Positions 50,189 through 53,895 of a stretch of DNA of 53,895 bases are shown here, one piece after another. The stretch spans positions 1 to 53,895 of the forward strand of contig JBHGNT010000201.1 in the NCBI GenBank assembly GCA_043228905.1, given 5' to 3'. Both the position numbers and the translations under genes were made by a program. The notes beneath the pieces are model-generated. The model was not told where the DNA came from. It ran no database searches and saw nothing but the letters and a program-made list of their open reading frames with translations. The DNA is from Azolla caroliniana (Eukaryota; Plantae; Polypodiophyta). How positions within the stretch are numbered: the first letter of the stretch is position 1; the number at the start of each line of letters is the position of its first letter.

Positions 50189-51703
50189 GGAGTCCTCGAT
50201 CTACCTGATCCAATATGTCGACGATATGTTTATTGTAGGGAGCAATCAAACCAAAATCGAGAAAATAAAGTGGAGCCCCCACAATTTTTTTATTATAAAA
50301 GAACTCGAACAAGCTCGACATATTTTGGGTATGGGGATCGAGTGAAATCGGATGATGAAGACTCTCCTAGTCTAACTATATCCAAAAGGTGATTAGAAGG
50401 TTTAACATGGAAAACGCTAAGTCGATAGCAACTCCGCTCCCGACATCAACACGACTAACGGATAGGGACGCTCCTTCAACTGACGAAGAGAGGAAGCTCA
50501 ATGGAAAGATACCCTACACATCGGTCTTAGGAACTATCACGTACGCAACGACGACGACCTGAACTAACCTTGCATGTGTCATAGGGGTGACAGGAACTAC
50601 ACGCTCCCTTTGAACAACGCTCGGCCACAACCGAGCCTAGAATAAAACACAAAAAACAGGGAATGAAACACAAACACGATAGAGAGAAGAGTACACAGGA
50701 TGTTTACGTGGAAAACCCAAACTCGGGAAAAACCACGGCAGCCCACAGACCGCAAACTATCACTATGTCAGAATGTACAATAAGAAAGCACCGAGGCCAC
50801 GACCTCGAGCTTGCTATCTTCCTCTCTCTCACTCTCTCTGTACACAGTTGCACGCTCTAATCTTGCGCCAACAAGAATGACAACAACTATCATCATAAAC
50901 AAAGTTTTCCCTAAGTCATATTTATACTAATATGACTTTTCGGCTATTTACAAATATAGCCCCGATGGACTCTCATAAACATATTTACAAATATGTCCCT
51001 TCATCCGGTGAGCACTCCTCACCGGGCCTTCACCATCCGGCTCTTGCCGGGTACTCCTCATCCGGTTCTCACCGAGTCTTCCGTAGCCAGGTACTCCTCA
51101 TCCGGTTCACACCGGATCTTTTGTAGCCAGGTACTCCTCATCCGGCGCTTGCCGGGTACACCACATCCGGTTCTCACCGGGTCCTCCGTAGCCGGGTACT
51201 CTTCATCTGATTCTCACCGAGTCTTCCGTAACCGGGTACTCTTCATCCGGTTTCGGCCTCAACTGAGTTTACTCATCAGCACTGTTCTTCTCACTTCCCA
51301 TCCGGAGTCCTCGATCTACCTGATCCAATATGTCGACGATATGTTTATTGTAGGGAGCAATCAAACCAAAATCAAGAAAATAAAGTGGAGCCCCCACAAT
51401 TTTTTTATTATAAAAGAACTCGAACAGGCCCGACATATTTTGGGTATGGGGATCGAGTGAAATCGGATGATGAAGACTCTCCTAGTCTAACTATATCCAA
51501 AAGGTGATTAGAAGGTTTAACATGGAAAACGCTAAGTCGATAGCAACTCCGCTCCCGACGTCAACACGACTAACGGATAGGGACGCTCCTTCAACTGACG
51601 AAGAGAGGAAGCTCAATGGAAAGATACCCTACACATCGGTCTTAGGAACTATCACGTACGCAACGGCGACGACCTGAACTAACCTTGCATGTGTCATAGG
51701 GGT
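50189..51703 (+). repeat. 400-bp near-identical direct duplication (50189-50588 and 51304-51703) of copia RT sequence
   Basis: ggagtcctcgatctacctgatccaatatgtcgacgat...gtgtcataggggt twice; same peptide [18 protein letters not shown]...HILGMGIE twice in the ORF track. Confidence 0.95.
50588..51307 (-). mobile_element. LTR-like insert related to the nested element's LTR, one end truncated
   Basis: caacgctcggccacaaccgag, gtttacgtggaaaaccc, ccctaagtcatatttatactaatatgacttttcggctatttacaaatatag and gccgggtactcctcatccggttc repeats shared with 43110-43924. Confidence 0.88.
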
Positions 51704-53379
51704 TGTCAGTTGATACATGTTGAACCCAAGACGGAAGCATTGGGAGGCAGTCAAGCACATATTTTGGTATCTACGAGGAATTGAGAATGTACAACTAACT
51801 TTCGGATCGGCCAATCCGACCAATCCAACTATACAGACTCCGACTACGCTGATAATCTGGACAATTGAAAGTTGACATCAAGCTATATATTCACCTATGG
51901 TCATGTTGCCATATCATGGAGATCGAAATTGCAAGAATGCATGGCCCTGTCAACCACAGAGGCTGAGTACATAGTTGTGTCGAAAGTAACCAAGAAAGCA
52001 ATCTGCCTGCACCAACTATTGGCCAATTTTTCGGCCACAAGCCGAATCGACCATAGAGCATCGAACATCTATTGCGACTCATAGAGCACGATACACCTCA
52101 TTCATAATCCAAACTATCATGCAAAAAAAACAATACACCTCATCGAACATCTATTGTGGTTTCATCATATTCGGGAGCTCGTAACGGAGAAGAAGCTTAA
52201 AGTCTGGAAGATCGACATTGAGGTGAACATCGGCGATTACCTGAAAAAACCACTCTTAGAACAACGCTTCAAAGCACTTATGAACATGATGGGACTACGA
52301 CAAGCAACCGAGCAGAAATTAGCTGAATGAACAGTAGTAGAAGGAAATTAGAAGATTGGCCCGATCGAATGAGCCGAAAAGGCAAAGTCCAAAGAATCGG
52401 ACTGTCGAGAGGCTAAAGGAACAACACTGAGGGAGGATACTGACGGGAGAGGAGACAATCAAGGGACAAACAAACCCGAAGACAGATTGAGGATCCAACG
52501 AGGAGCACAAGAGTGAGTGCATACGGGGTGCAGACGATCGACTAGAGGCCGAGAGTCAGAACTAAACATGAGTCAATCCGAACAAATGAGCCGATTGAGA
52601 CACAAAACAACCCAAACTAGCCGATCCGTTTGACTCAGACAAGTCGACCTGGACGACATACAATCTGATGACTAGCTGAGTCAAGCTACATCCTAACTTT
52701 ACCTCAATAGATTTGGCTGAATGCCGAATATGACTGCCCTGTATATATACAATTGTAACTATATATATTAAAATTGTAATCTAGGTTCACGGGGGAGATA
52801 ACCCCAATTACTTGTATACATAGGAAGAGTAACCCTAATTACTTTTACGGGGGAGTTTGTTGGCATAAAAGGCCGACTGCTTCCAAATTGTATCCTTAAG
52901 TGTGAACACGTCCTCAAGTTAGGGCTTGAGTATATATAAGCCCAAATATAACATTGTATAAAGGAAGATCTTTAAGTTGTGGCTCGAGCGTCGATCAACA
53001 ATTTCCCGCCTTTTGATGATGTAACTTCCATGCGTCAATGTCGGTCTCCTCCTCCTTGGTTGGAGGTTGCTCCACCTTTTGTACTCGTTCTTTGAAAGCA
53101 AGAATAACCCCCAGTATTCAACCCTCTCAATCCTAATAAAACATCTAAGATAAAATAATATAAGATGGAGAGTAACAACAATAAACCTAATAATCAAATA
53201 GAAAGAAACAAGAAGGAGAAGAGTCCGAAGAGGAAGAGGAAGAGGAAGGAAAAGAAGTAGAAAAGAATAGAAGAACCAAATCCCTAAAACTCTCCTCTTC
53301 CCAAACCCCCAAACCCCCAAAATAAAGAACAAGGTACCCCTCTTGTGTTAAAGGTGATGAAGGAGATGTCGACTGAGCC

Positions 53380-53803
53380 AATGCTCTAGAAGAAAGTAGG
53401 GCACAAATTCACAAAGGAAATGATTAAAGAGTTTAGAATTGGAGGGGGTGACTTTCTATCACCCACGGAAAGTAGAATTTAGGAAAATGCAAGGGCGACA
53501 TATAAAAGCATTCTCCTTTAGCCTTGAGGAAATTAGATGTGTGGATCCAAAAGTGGTCGAGCAGATGGTCATTTTTATGATCCCACACATTCCGTGGAAT
53601 CTAAAGCCAATTCTAGTGCCAAGAGCAAGGATCCCACAATTCGAGCTTCTAAAGGAAAAGGTAAAGATGGGCATCTTGTAGCCATCAGGCGGTCCATACT
53701 CGAGTAGGTGGTTTACAGTGCAGAAGAAGGTTGCGCAACTTCGCTTCATCCAAGACATGCAACCACTGAATCAAGTCACTATCCAGAATTTAGGAGTGGG
53801 TCC
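53380..53803 (+). mobile_element. Ty3/gypsy RT N-terminal fragment
   Basis: IPHIPWNLKPI...LKEKVKMGIL*PSGGPYSSRWFTVQKK..LRFIQDMQPLNQVT resembles gypsy RT block 1 (G.I.PS.SP.......V.KK....R...D...LN..T). Confidence 0.8.
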
Positions 53804-53804
53804 G

Positions 53805-53857
53805 AAACCGAACCGTGAAACCATGACTGAACGGTTTAAACAATTCGGTTCGGTTTG
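53805..53857. repeat. Short inverted repeat AAACCGAACCG...CGGTTCGGTTT, possibly the end of a MITE-like element
   Basis: 11-bp perfect inverted arms interrupting the gypsy fragment at the window edge. Confidence 0.5.
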
Positions 53858-53895
53858 AGCCCTCATCGCCTTAATGGTTTCAGTTTAGACAGTTT

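Larger units (their letters stand above)
42341..52962 (+). mobile_element. Old host Ty1/copia element, degenerate, carrying nested insertions
   Basis: 5' LTR 42341-42573 (TG...CA); PBS at 42576; gag ~42711-43109 resuming at 48673; RT/RNaseH remnants ~49900-52300 (YVDD, ALSTTEAEY, IYCDS); PPT ACGGGGGAGTT then 3' LTR from 52858 matching the first ~100 bp of the 5' LTR. Confidence 0.85.

Overview
Land-plant nuclear DNA; intron/TE architecture and PLS-PPR style suggest a fern or other non-angiosperm, which is inference only. Bases 1-16260 are the right-hand end of a near-perfect 1541-bp tandem array. Each complete unit carries one intact initiator tRNA-Met (CAT) gene on the minus strand (10 genes), and the array edge holds a deleted unit and an old, deamination-decayed tRNA-iMet relic. 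Next come two intronless histone H4 genes with identical protein but diverged DNA, a 48-bp minisatellite, a PLS-E class PPR gene, and a convergent multi-exon coiled-coil gene (At2g14680/MEE13-like, from memory) with copia remnants in an intron and LINE remnants upstream. From 42.3 kb there is a nest of Ty1/copia elements primed by tRNA-iMet and a gypsy RT fragment. Most notable: both H4 genes carry, 34-41 nt after the stop, the same 6-bp-stem/4-nt-loop hairpin GGTGTT-TTT(T/C)-AACACC-ACCA plus a second motif at a fixed distance downstream. This is the architecture of the SLBP-type histone 3' stem-loop, generally regarded as absent from land-plant (polyadenylated) histone mRNAs. All coordinates were read by eye; no searches were run.
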